From Psammoneis japonica (Eukaryota), in the NCBI GenBank assembly GCA_008632985.1, contig QPGO01000152.1, positions 1 to 64,000 of the forward strand: DNA of 64,000 nt. Reading direction: 5' to 3'. The notes beneath the pieces were generated by a model. That model did not search any database and was not told the DNA's origin. It worked only from the letters and a program-made list of their open reading frames with translations. Below, piece by piece: positions 1-11,600 of the stretch. The translations under genes were made by a program, and so were the position numbers. Each line of letters opens with the position of its first letter. Position 1 is the stretch's first letter.

Positions 1-1097
1 GCTCTTGAAAAGAGTCAGTCACCAACAACGGCAACAATGACATCCCTGCCTTGCAGGGAAAGTGTCTTGACAAAGACTCAGATGATGAAGATGACAAAAG
101 GAAGAAAACAATCAGCACACGCAAGGCTTCATTCGGTCGCTCCGACATGACACAGCGGGCCAGTCCGTCGAATCCAAGGTGGCTCATGTTGGTCCCACCA
201 GCCTGATGTGATCAAGCACAGCATTGCACACCAAGCCACTTCACAAGTCCAGCCCAACCAGCAACTGCTCCTTGCCACCGCTTGGTGTTTTGACCATGGA
301 CAATGTGAATTTCTCCACAATCCAGAGATCAAATGTGGAGACATTGTTGACACTGTCAATGTTCGTTGCATGATTCTGTTTAAAGAATGACTCCAATGTG
401 CAATTGGGGAGGCAAGTGCAGTGTGCATTTTCACATGCACATTCACAATTGTGAGTCATGAGTGTTGTGCACGTCATTTGCACCACAGTCGTGGGTGGAC
501 ACAAAGGACAGATCGATCACACACACAGAGTTGACAGGATGTCAAGAGTTGCAAATGCAGTTGATCAATGACACTGACAGACAGATGTCAATGCAAATCA
601 AGTGTGGGACAATCTGTTGTCATGATCAGATTCTCCAAGAGGCCTTCAGTTTGCAGAAGCAGTGCCAAGGCTTCAGGCCATTGAGGACCCCTTCAGAGAA
701 TCCCAAAACAGCAGAGTGAAATCTAATCTCATGATTTCTGCTTTTTGTGATTTGTTTCCACTTTCATGCACACTTGTTCTTTGAGCACAGCGCGTGCTGG
801 CATTTGAAGCATCAAGTCATTTGGGTGGCTCTGGCACTTGTGGTGGTTGGAGCCTTTGCACTGCCACAGGCGGTGATGGCTGGAGTCTTGCACCAAACAA
901 CAGCCAAAGCAGCCAGCATCAAGTTGAGGGCAACACTTGCACTTCAAAGCACTTGAAACTTTGAGCTCAGAGGCTGTTTTGTTCAGGGTCATCCAAAGTG
1001 CCATCAGCCTGCAGCACATTGTCAACCCTGTTGAAAGAGTTGTCCGGCTTGCAAAGCTTGATCACAATGTGAGATTTTTCCTTTCACTCATTGGCAC

Positions 1098-1371
1098 TGA
1101 CAGGATTTGAACAGGATTTGGTGCGCGCGAAGCATCGCGCGCTGTTTAGTTTACCGTGCACAGTTTTGTGTGCTTTAGTTCCGCGCGTTCACGCGCGATG
1201 TAGTTTGCTTTCGAGCCACAAGGCTCACAAGAACAACAACAGTAGCCCGATTGTGCCGACTTACACGTCTTCGGCTCCTGCAACGGTCTCTGAGCGGAGA
1301 CTCATCTGCCATTTAGACAGCAGTAAGGAGTCATTGTTTGAATTCTTGCCATTTGCCTTCATTTTCTGTCA
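1098..1371 (+). repeat. 5' LTR of element 1 (274 bp)
   Basis: TGACAGGATTTG...TTCTGTCA, nearly identical to 7922-8197. Confidence 0.93.
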
Positions 1372-1382
1372 GATTAACAGTC
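1372..1382 (+). promoter_or_regulatory. Putative primer-binding site complementary to a tRNA-Asn(GUU) anticodon arm (half-tRNA priming)
   Basis: GATTAACAGTC directly follows the LTR. Its reverse complement GACTGTTAATC matches tRNA-Asn positions ~30-40 as I recall them. Confidence 0.55.
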
Positions 1383-2308
1383 TTGCTCATTGTCAACCCA
1401 TTGAGCAACCGCCATCGTCGTCGTTGATTTACCAACGACGCTATTTCAATTCTACGTGGACCTCCGTGTGTGTTCTACATACATCGGCAAGTCTACGCGC
1501 ATNNNNNNNNNNNNNNNNNNNNNNNNNNNNNNNNNNNNNNNNNNNNNNNNNNNNNNNNNNNNNNNNNNNNNNNNNNNNNNNNNNNNNNNNNNNNNNNNNN
1601 NNNNNNNNNNNNNNNNNNNNNNNNNNNNNNNNNNNNNNNNNNNNNNNNNNNNNNNNNNNNNNNNNNNNNNNNNNNNNNNNNNNNNNNNNNNNNNNNNNNN
1701 NNNNNNNNNNNNNNNNNNNNNNNNNNNNNNNNNNNNNNNNNNNNNNNNNNNNNNNNNNNNNNNNNNNNNNNNNNNNNNNNNNNNNNNNNNNNNNNNNNNN
1801 NNNNNNNNNNNNNNNNNNNNNNNNNNNNNNNNNNNNNNNNNNNNNNNNNNNNNNNNNNNNNNNNNNNNNNNNNNNNNNNNNNNNNNNNNNNNNNNNNNNN
1901 NNNNNNNNNNNNNNNNNNNNNNNNNNNNNNNNNNNNNNNNNNNNNNNNNNNNNNNNNNNNNNNNNNNNNNNNNNNNNNNNNNNNNNNNNNNNNNNNNNNN
2001 NNNNNNNNNNNNNNNNNNNNNNNNNNNNNNNNNNNNNNNNNNNNNNNNNNNNNNNNNNNNNNNNNNNNNNNNNNNNNNNNNNNNNNNNNNNNNNNNNNNN
2101 NNNNNNNNNNNNNNNNNNNNTGCGGACCGGACAGGAAGTTTAGCACTTGACAACGAACGGGATGACAAACCCTGGCGACTTCTGATCTTAAGATAGTTCA
2201 AGATTTCAAGTCAAGTCCATTTCAAGTCAAGTCTGTTCTCACCCAAGTTTCGAGTCTGCCTTCGCTTCCCAACCAGAATTGATTGTCCTGACACCACTTT
2301 TGTCTGCC

Positions 2309-5300
2309 ATGGTTCTCACTCGTCAGCAACAAACCGATGGTTTCGAGCACGTGGTTGGAACCGTGCTTGCCCAAGGTGCTGGGAGTCCTCTTCGTTTGGC
2401 TTTGGCCCAAGACGGCACGGACTCGCATCAGGAACTGTTCACGTTCATGCCGTCCCAAATCGACTCGCTTGAGTGCGACAACGGCGCCAATGCAATCCCT
2501 TTGCCCCGTGGTCATAAGAACACCGTTAGCAGCACTGGTCAGTCTGTGCATTGTCAAAGCACACAAAGGTCTTGACGTTGCCAACGACTCCTCTTTGTTC
2601 ACGCATGACGAGTTCCTTGCCCACCGCCTCAGCCCCGACTGCATGTCTTCTGTGTCCATCGGCAGCTCACCCCTTGCACCTCCACATGTCACCAACCCGA
2701 CCAAGGCACGCGACCCGGTGCGGGACTTCAAGCGAGGCATCAAGCGTGATCCCACCGCTTTTACGGCTCTCAAATCCGACAAGCAGTGGCACACTTGGCA
2801 CACCTCACTTGTGGCACAAGCCCGTGCCCAAGACGTCGAGTGCATCTAGACTCGTCGTACAAACCGACCAGCCCCGAAGACAAACTGCTCTTTGCTGAAC
2901 AGCAAAAGTGCATGTTCGCCGTCTTCGAACGCATCCTTCTCACCGACAAGGGCAAGGCTCTCATTCGCGAAAATGTGGGGTCTTCTGACGCACAGACCGT
3001 CTGCCGCTCCTTGTCTGAGTGCGCGCTTGCCTCCACCCGCGCATCTGTCGAGTCCTCCACCCTGCTCACATGCCTCACCACCGCGCGTCTTGGTGATGGC
3101 ACTTGGAAAGGTCCGACCCACGGGTTCATCCTTCATTGGCAAGATCAGTTGCGCAAGTGCGAGGCACTCATCCCGGCCAGTGACCACTTCTCTGAAGGAC
3201 AGAAGCGCGTCATGCTCGAGAATGCCGTGCACCCTGTCGAGGAACTCCGTGCTGTCAAGAACCAAGCTGATCAGCATCTACGCAGAGCGGCAAGAGCCTC
3301 ACATGCGATCAATGCTGTGGCTTGCTCCTCTCCGCGCAGCTCAGCGCGACAGCACGTTTCAACCCAAGACGACACCTCGAGCTCCCCAACGTGCCACATG
3401 CACACACGACGTCTGCTCCGAGGAACCGTCCGACGATGTGTTCTACGACATTGACAGTGACGTTGATGTCCTTCAAGCCAATGCTGCCTGCACCGCGGTC
3501 CCAGCCTCACCGGTGTCCAATGGAGACGTCTCCCTCCCGACCACCAACGGCTTTGGGATTCGTTGCCCGATTCCTCCAGGGCGATCATCCTTGAGCATTC
3601 TCGTCCACCTCCCCGCAACCCGCGAGCCAGCAACTGCCATGAGTCTGTTACGGCCAACCTTCACGACCAACGCCTTGGGAGTGACGGTGATGTCAACTTG
3701 TCCAACACGACTCCCGCTGACTCTGGTGACTCCGCTCCACATGTGGACGCCACTTCGGATAATCCCATCCTGGCGCACCTCACCAAGCGCAAGCCACTGC
3801 CACCCGGTGATCTGCAACGTCTGTTGTCTCCCAACCAAGCTCCCAATGCCAGTCGACCGGGGCCATCCGCCGCTTCCTCTACCCCGCCAGCTTCTGCAGA
3901 TGACACAGAACTTAACGGCCGCACTTGCCACCGCGCCAACAACCACAATGTCATTTACTCTGCCTCTGCTCATCGCTCCACACGCACTGGCGCTCTAGTC
4001 GATCGTGGGGCCAACGGCGGCATTGCTGGCGACGACGTTCGCGTCATTGCACGCACCTCTCGCCAAGTCGACGTTCAGGGCATTGACGATCATCAATTGG
4101 TGGACATCCCCATTGTCACCGCTGGTGCCGTCATTGAGACCCAGCGTGGTCCCGTCATCGCCATCCTCCATCAGTGCGCATGCACGGGAAAGGGCAAGAC
4201 CATCCATTCCTGCGGCCAGCTCGAATGGTACAAACAGGATGTCAACGATCGCTCTGTCAAGGTGCCCAACGGCTTGCAACGCATTGCCACTCCTGATGGC
4301 TATGTCATCCCCATTGACATCAAGGCTGGCCTGCCTTGTGTTGCCATGCGACCTTACACTGACGCCGAATGGGACACCCTGCCCCATGTCATCCTCACCG
4401 GTGATGACACATGGGACCCTTCCGTCCTCGATCACTCTGTCACTGACGACGACCAGTGGTGCGACGCGATCTCTGACCTGCAGGACGATCCCACTGCCAA
4501 CCTGTTTGACGAATGCGGCAACTGCCGTCATCGTGTCGTTGTCAACGAGACCATCATGTCCGCTTCCTTGTCTGCCGATCACGCGTCCGCCCTCGATGAT
4601 CACCTCATTCCGAACGACGACGTGTTCTACGAGTGTCATCTGCATGCGATTGACCCCAAGGGCGATGACGTTCCACCTCCGGAGCGCACTGTACAGCCCA
4701 AGGACCCCCCCTTCGAGTCTCTTCGGCCTTGCTTTGGCTTCCTACCTGCCGATGCGGTCCGTCGTACTTTTGACTGCACCACGCAGTGCGCCCGCATGCC
4801 CGCCGGCACACACCTTCGCAAGGCCTGCAAATCACCCAACCCCGCCCTTAATGTGCACCGCCGCAACGAGCCTGTCGCCACTGACACCGTTTGTGCCGAC
4901 ACCCCGGCCGTCGACTCTGGTTGCACCAGCGCCCAACTGTTTGTTGGCACCGAGTCTGCCGTCACTGACGTCTGCGGCACTGAGACGGACAAAGAGTTTG
5001 TCAACACACTCGAGGATCAGATCCGTGAACGTGGTGCCCCATCCAAACTCATTGCGACCGTGCTCAAGTTGAGATCAGCAACAAAGTGCTCGGGATCCTG
5101 CGCGCCCTCTTCATCTCCAGCTGGCAAAGTGAGCCTCACCAGCAACACCAAAACTTTGCCGAGCATCGACACCAGACCGTGAAGCGCATGGCGAACACTG
5201 TCATGGACCGTTTTGGTTCGCCCGCCCACACATGGCTGCTGGCGCTCATGTGCGTGTGCTTCACACTCAACCATGCAGCGTCCCCACGTCTCCACTGGCG

Positions 5301-8109
5301 CACGCCCCTCGAGACTCTCACTGGATCCACCCCGGACATCAGCCCATTGCTTCGCTTTCACTGGTGGGAACCAGTGTGCTTCCACCTCGATGACTCCGAT
5401 TGGCCGTCCGAATCCCGTGAGTTGCGTGGACGCTTCGTTGGCATTGCTGAGCACGTCGGCCACCAGATGACCTTCAAGATTCTATCTGACGAGACTCAGA
5501 AGATCCTCTGCCGGTCCAACGTTCGCTCCGCTACCCCCGATCCTGCCGTTCGAAACCTGCGTCTTGATCCTCCTGATGGGGAGCCACCTGAACCCATCAT
5601 CAAATCTCGCCATGACGACAACCCCGTCGATTCTCCTGATGGGGAGATCAGGACACCCAAGATGCCAGTTTTCGATCCGCAAGACATCATTGGACGTACC
5701 TTCCTCATGCAGCCACAAGAGGACGGACAACGCCACAGAGCTCGCATCGTCAAGGCCGTCGAAGACCACGAATGGAAAGTGAACGGCAATCCCGAGCTCA
5801 CTAAGTTCGTCTGCTCTGTCAACAATGACGAATACGAGGAAGTCCTTGCCTGCAATGACATCATGAATCACATTGAGCAAGAAGACGAAGACACCACCAT
5901 TTGGAAATTTCGACGCATCGTGTCACACGAAGGACCTCTGAAGCCTCACGACCCAACCTGGAAAGGCTCAAGCTACAACATCATGCTTGAATGGGAAAGT
6001 GGGGAGATCACGTCCGAGCCTCTTGCCATCATCGCCAAGGACGACCCCGTCACCTGTGCCATCTATGCACGAGAGAACGGACTCCTCGACACGGATGGCT
6101 GGAAGCGGTTCCGCACCATCGCGAGGCGCCAAAAGAAGCTATTTCGCATGGCCAACCAAGCCAAGCTTCGCTCCTTCCGCACTGCACCTCGCCACAAGTG
6201 CGGATGCGAAGTTCCCCGGAACTACAAACACGCCATGTCACTGGACGAACGCAATGGCAACCGCAAGTGGGGAGACGCAACTAATCTCGAGATGGACCAA
6301 CTCGACGAATACGAAGTCTTCCATGACTGCGGGCCCTTCAAGTCTTCCACTCCTCCTGCGGGACACAAGAAGATCCGAGTGCACCTGGTGCACGACGTGA
6401 AACACGATGGTCACCACAAGGCAGGACTCGTAGCCGACGGGCACCTCACGGACGTGCCCATCGACAGTGTCTACTCCGGAGTAGTCTCCCTCCGTGGCCT
6501 TCGGCTGATGATTTTCCTGGCCAAACTCAACGAGCTGGAGACATGGGCCACCGACATTGGCAATGCCTGCCTTGAAGCCACCACCAAGGAGAAGCTTTAC
6601 ATTGTGGCTGGACCCGAATTTGGCAAACTCGAAGGACACATCCTTGTCATCCACAAGGCACTGTATGGACTCCACAGCTCCGGTCTCCGCTGGCACGAGC
6701 GCTTCGCCGACTGCCTGCGAGCTGAAGGCTTCTTCCCCTGCCACGCCGAACCCGATGTTTGGATGCGCAGGATCGGCGACCACTGTGAACACATTGCCGT
6801 TTATGTGGATGACCTCGCCATTGCCATGAAGGACCCTCAATCTTTCGTCGACACTCTCACGGAAAAGTGCAAGTTCAAGCTCAAGGGTGCGGGACCCATT
6901 GAGTTCCATCTGGGTTGCGACTTTTCCCGGGACCCCGACGGAACCTTGTGCCTGTCTCCGCGCAAGTGCATCAAGCGCATGGTCGACAGCTGCGCCCAAC
7001 TGTTTGGGGAGAAACCTGCCACCAACGCCCTGTCACCTCTAGAGAAGGGTGACCACCCCGAACTGGACACTTCCGAACTGCTGGGACCCGATGGCATTCA
7101 CAAGTTCCAGTCTCTTGTTGGTTCACTCCAATGGGCAGTGTCCCTTGGTCAAATTGACATTGCCACGGCCGTCATGTCACTCTCTAGCTTCCGAGCTACG
7201 CCCCGTCAAGGCCACTTGGATCGTGCCAAATGCGTCTGTGGGCACCTCTCCAAGATGCGACACGGTGCTCTCCGCGTTCGCACGGAAGAGCCCGACTGTT
7301 CGGATCTCCCTGCTCCGGCCTGTGAATGGATGCATTCCGTGTGTGGTGAAGCAGAAGAGATGATCCCGAAGGACGCTCCACCGCCCCTTGGCAAGTTCGT
7401 CACTGCCACCCACTGCGTCGATGCAAACTTGCACCATTGCATGCTCACCGGACGCTCTGTCATGGGAATGCTCCACTTCCTCAACAAATTCCCGGCTGAT
7501 TGGTTCTCCAAGAAACAAGCCACCGTGGAGACTGCAACCTGCGGATCTGAATTTGTTGCCGCAAGGAATTGTGTTGAGCAGATTGTCGACCTGCGCATCA
7601 CCCTGCGCTGCCTTGGCGTCCCGATCCGCAATGTCAGTTGCATGTTCGGTGACAACAAGTCGGTTGTAGACAGTGCCACCATCCCGCACTCCAAGCCACA
7701 CAAGCGACACACCGCACTGTCGTTCCACCGTGTGCGTGAGGCAATTGCCTCTGGTCACCTTGAGCTCCACTTCATCGAAGGCTCCCGCAACCCTGCTGAC
7801 ATTCTCAGCAAGCATTGGGGTTGCTCCCAAATCTGGGACCTTCTCCGCCCCCTCATGTTCTGGAACTTCATTCCATCCGAAGTCGAATCTGTTTCTGTGG
7901 CTCCTCAAGCAAACTGGGGAGTGACAGGATTTGAACAGGATTTGGATGCGCGCGAAGCATCGCGCGCTGTTTGGTTTGCCGCGCACAGTTTTGTGTGCTT
8001 TAGTTCCGCGCGTTCACGCGCGATGCAGTTTGCTTTCGAGCCACAAGGCTCACAAGAACAACAACAGTGGCCCGATTGTACCGACTTGCACGTCTTTCGG
8101 CTCCTGTGA
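2309..8109 (+). pseudogene. Frameshifted gag-pol polyprotein of element 1
   Basis: Fragments in ORFs 2279-2575, 2337-2849, 2786-3454, 3563-5182 and 5086-8109. Motifs include DRGANGG, TDIGNA(C)LEA, ALYGL, YVDD, (C)GSEF, DNKS, HRVRE and NPAD. Confidence 0.9.
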
Positions 8110-8197
8110 CGGTCTCTGAGCGGAGACTCATCTGCCATTTAGACAGCAGCAAGGAGTCATTGTTTGAATTCTTGCCATTTGCCTTCATTTTCTGACA
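7922..8197 (+). repeat. 3' LTR of element 1 (276 bp)
   Basis: Preceded by a purine tract; aligns to 1098-1371 with ~10 substituted sites and 2 single-base indels. Confidence 0.93.
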
Positions 8198-8202
8198 ATC
8201 TC

Positions 8203-8507
8203 AATCACTTTTCGGTTCAGAGACTGGCTCTGAACCTCTCACAACATCCAAAACACTCTTTTGTGCATGGCATGACCTTCTCTGCTGTGGTTTGCTCCAG
8301 CTGGCCTTGACGTTCGGCACAGGACTTGACCACCCTTCTTGTGCCAGGGTTTTCCAGATTTCAAATCACTCCTCGGTTCAGAGACTGGCTCTGAACCTCT
8401 CACAACATCTGAGACACTCTTTTGTGCATGGCACTGACCTTCTCCAGTTTGTTCTAGCTGGCCTTGACGTTCGGCACAGGACTTGATCGCCCTTCTTGTG
8501 CCAGGGT
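8203..8507. repeat. Tandem repeat, ~161-bp unit, ~1.9 copies, interrupted by element 2
   Basis: AATCAC..CGGTTCAGAGACTGGCTCTGAACCTCTCACAACATC...GTGCCAGGGT starts at 8203 and again at 8364. The unit end resumes (AGGGTTTCCCAG) at 15435. Confidence 0.85.
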
Positions 8508-8676
8508 TTATGGACCAGCGGCATCGGGACAATCTAACGGATGTCTAGGACAGATGACAATCGTGTGCTAGATGAGAAAGAAAGTGAGCAAAGGAGAGAT
8601 CATCGGATCTCTCCATGCTGTCTGTGCTAGTCTGTCCGACACAAGGGAGTGTGATCCCCATCTCGGATGTCTGTCA
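8508..8676 (-). repeat. 3' LTR of element 2
   Basis: Ungapped match to 15266-15434. Confidence 0.92.
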
Positions 8677-11600
8677 CCCTCCCCTGATGAGCAATGCAAT
8701 GCTCAACAAGAAAGAAAGAGACGATCCGAATAAAAAGAGAGGACCAGAGTGGCAAAGAACAAAACAACCCACGGCCTTGGTCAGTGCATCAGCAGGGTTA
8801 ATGACACCCGGGATGTGTCGAGTGACAATCTTGCCCGCGTCACGCCAGCCTTGGACAGCAAAATGTTGAACATCAACATGACGAGATCGCTCCGCAGGCA
8901 CCTTGTTGTTGATCATCTGGGTGGCAGAGGAGTTGTCAATGTGCAAGGGAGTGGGATCACATTGGGGAAAACCCAATTCTTCCAGAACCATGCGGAGGTG
9001 CAGGGTCTGTTTTGCAGCAGTCACAGCCGCGAGGAACTCAGCTTCCGTGGAACTGGCAGCGGCAATCGTTTGCGTGCGGCATCGACAGTCAATCGCAGCA
9101 CCAGCAAGGACATGCGCACAGCCAGCAGCAGAACGGCGACGCCACAGTTCATTGCCATGTGCCGCATCAATGAATCCAAGAAGTTGGAAAAGGTCAACAG
9201 CACGAGGAAAATCCGGGAGAGATGGGTCATCCTCAAGCCATTCAAAATCGCAAGGAGGTGGGCCGGGATCGCGTTTAGACTTCTCACGGGTCAGTCCCCA
9301 ATGTTTGGTGTGCCGCAAATGCTTGGCCATGCGCTTGAGTGAATCACAATGGAGCTCAGCCGGTGCCTTGGAAAACTTGGACAAGGTGACAACAGGACAC
9401 CCAATGTCCAAACGACAACAGGAGCAGGCAAAGACCAATTCACCCAAGACAGAACAGTGCGAGAATCCTTGGGACTCAGCAAGAGTGTCATGCTCGGGTG
9501 CACCCTCTTCAGGACCTTCAGCAGTGTGCAGATCAGGAATGCAATCAACCGGAACAGGGGCGGCCTTGAAATCAGAATCAGACTCATGTGCATCGGGAGC
9601 ATCCCAACCATGGGTCTTGAAAACACGGTCAAGGCAGCTGGCAATGTTGACAGTGATTGAGTCGTCATTTTGAATGACATCAATGCCATTGAAAAAGCAA
9701 CCAAGCCCAAACACTTGAAGGGAGGAGTGTCCTCATTCTCGATCTGGAGAGCCCCACCAACATGGTCGCAGATCTCTTTCGCAATCTTTTCAGATGGACA
9801 AGCAAGAGCAAAATCATTGACCTGACAAAGGAGGAGGACCTTGACACCATCATGTTCACCGGAATGGATGCACTTGTCATGAGCAATGTTACGGAAAAGA
9901 AGTTTCTCACCCGTGAGAATCGAATTGACGTGCTTCTCCCAGAGGACACCAGCTTCAGGATGGCCTTGAAGAGCATGCTTGAGTGGGAGAACATGATGGC
10001 GGGGTGCTTTCTTGCCAAATCGCTTTTCATGCCAGGCAGCACATGCATCATCAACAGCAACAAAAACCGGTTGGGATGGGCCAGGAGAATGAGCGCAGGC
10101 ATCCCGTGCATCGCCGCCGAAGACACGATGCGACACAGCCGCACTGAGAGCGAAAAACATCTTTTCGACAGAACGTTCCACTCATGACGAATGGGTGGAA
10201 GTCAACTTGTGCAAGGCCGGCATTGCCAACTTGGAACCATCACCACATTGTTGGGAGCGACGTTGGCCATCCGGCTTTGCCATGCAATCCCAATGCGGAC
10301 GCATGACATTCGCGCCAGGGGACGTGGTTGCGGAGGACCACACATGCCCAGGGCACAAAATTGGTCCAGTTGATGCTGCTCGCCTTCTTCCCATTCAGGC
10401 CATGTGTCAAGTTTACGAAGCTTGGCACGGGTGAGACGGTCAAGAGCAGCTTCCTCCTGAGTGAGTGAGCGAGAGCCAATCGCATTGAGATGTGCATAAA
10501 ATGCATCCGCAGGAATGGCCTCATCCGAAAAATCATCATCGGGACAGAGAAGAGCCACAACAGATCGCACATCCTCCAAAGCAAGTTCAGGAACATGAGA
10601 GTCGTCCTCCACAGTGTCCGGCTCAAATGACTCCGCTTCCTCAAATGCCTTGTTAAGAGTGCGAGAATCCAATCGTCGTTCCGGCGCAAAAGCAATCTCG
10701 AAAGTTGGAATTTTGTCATGAAAGACCTGAGACAAGGCCTCTTCAGCATCGGAAGGAGTAAAGACTTCACGCTTGTTGACAGAGACAACATGTGCACCCA
10801 CAATCTTGTTGCAAGCAGCACGGAGGGAAGAAAACAATGAAGCCGCAGGACTGCACTGCTTGATTTCCGACACACAGACACGGTCCATTGGCGCACACTG
10901 AGAAAATCCAAAACCATGAGTGGGGTCCTTTGGAGGACGTTTCATGGTGCATGTGATGGTCGCAGCAAATGGATTCGACGAAGACGCAAACATGGGAATG
11001 GTGGTGTCCTGTGTTTCAGCTGGAAAAGGCTGACCATTTTCCACACGCTGTAAATGGACAGCATTGGGAGGGAGTTGATCCAAAAATGGGTCACCCACAC
11101 CTTCATCACAGCGCACATGCTTGGCCATCTTGACTTCATCAGTCTCAGGATCCCACCACATGACATTCTTGAGGGTGTTGGGAAGGCAACCAAGGAAGAC
11201 ACCCTTCTTGGAATTGGTCTGGAAGGCAGCAGAACGAGCAGTGGCGTTTGAACCATGCTTGACATCCGAAAGTCTTCAGAGCAGTAAAATCTTCGACCTT
11301 TCCGGCAGCAAGAGTGATGGGTGCCGCATCTTGATCTTTTGCAGGAGCGGCATTCTTGACACGGAGGTGGTGGTAAAATGCATGGGGCCAGAATCGGATC
11401 GGAAGGTTGGCACCAATTAAAATCGCACGAATCGCGTTCTCAACAGTTGGGTGTGAGCGTTCAACAGGCCCACATTGGTTGGATGCGCCAGCACCAGAAG
11501 GACAGATGTCATGCTGGAATTCTCGTTCAAAGAGGTCACGAACTTTGGGGTTTTTGCACAATTCCCCACCTTGGTCCACAAACACACATTTGTCACGACA

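Larger units (their letters stand above)
1098..8197 (+). mobile_element. Decayed Ty1/copia LTR retrotransposon, diatom CoDi-like (element 1); contains an N gap at 1503-2120
   Basis: Direct repeats 1098-1371 and 7922-8197, both TG...CA. Order is gag (DFKRGIKRD), protease (LVDRGANGG), integrase (VATDT), RT (YVDD), RNase H (NPADILSKHW), which is the copia order. PPT GGGGAG at 7916-7921. The flanks (GGCAC / ATCTC) do not form a TSD. Confidence 0.92.

Noticed and set aside
129..1025. Short Cys/His-rich ORFs here and at 15.4-20.9 kb as real genes
   Set aside because: No recognisable motifs; explained by loss of TAA/TAG codons.
1503..2120. ORFs spanning the N run
   Set aside because: Assembly gap; the X-filled ORFs are artefacts.
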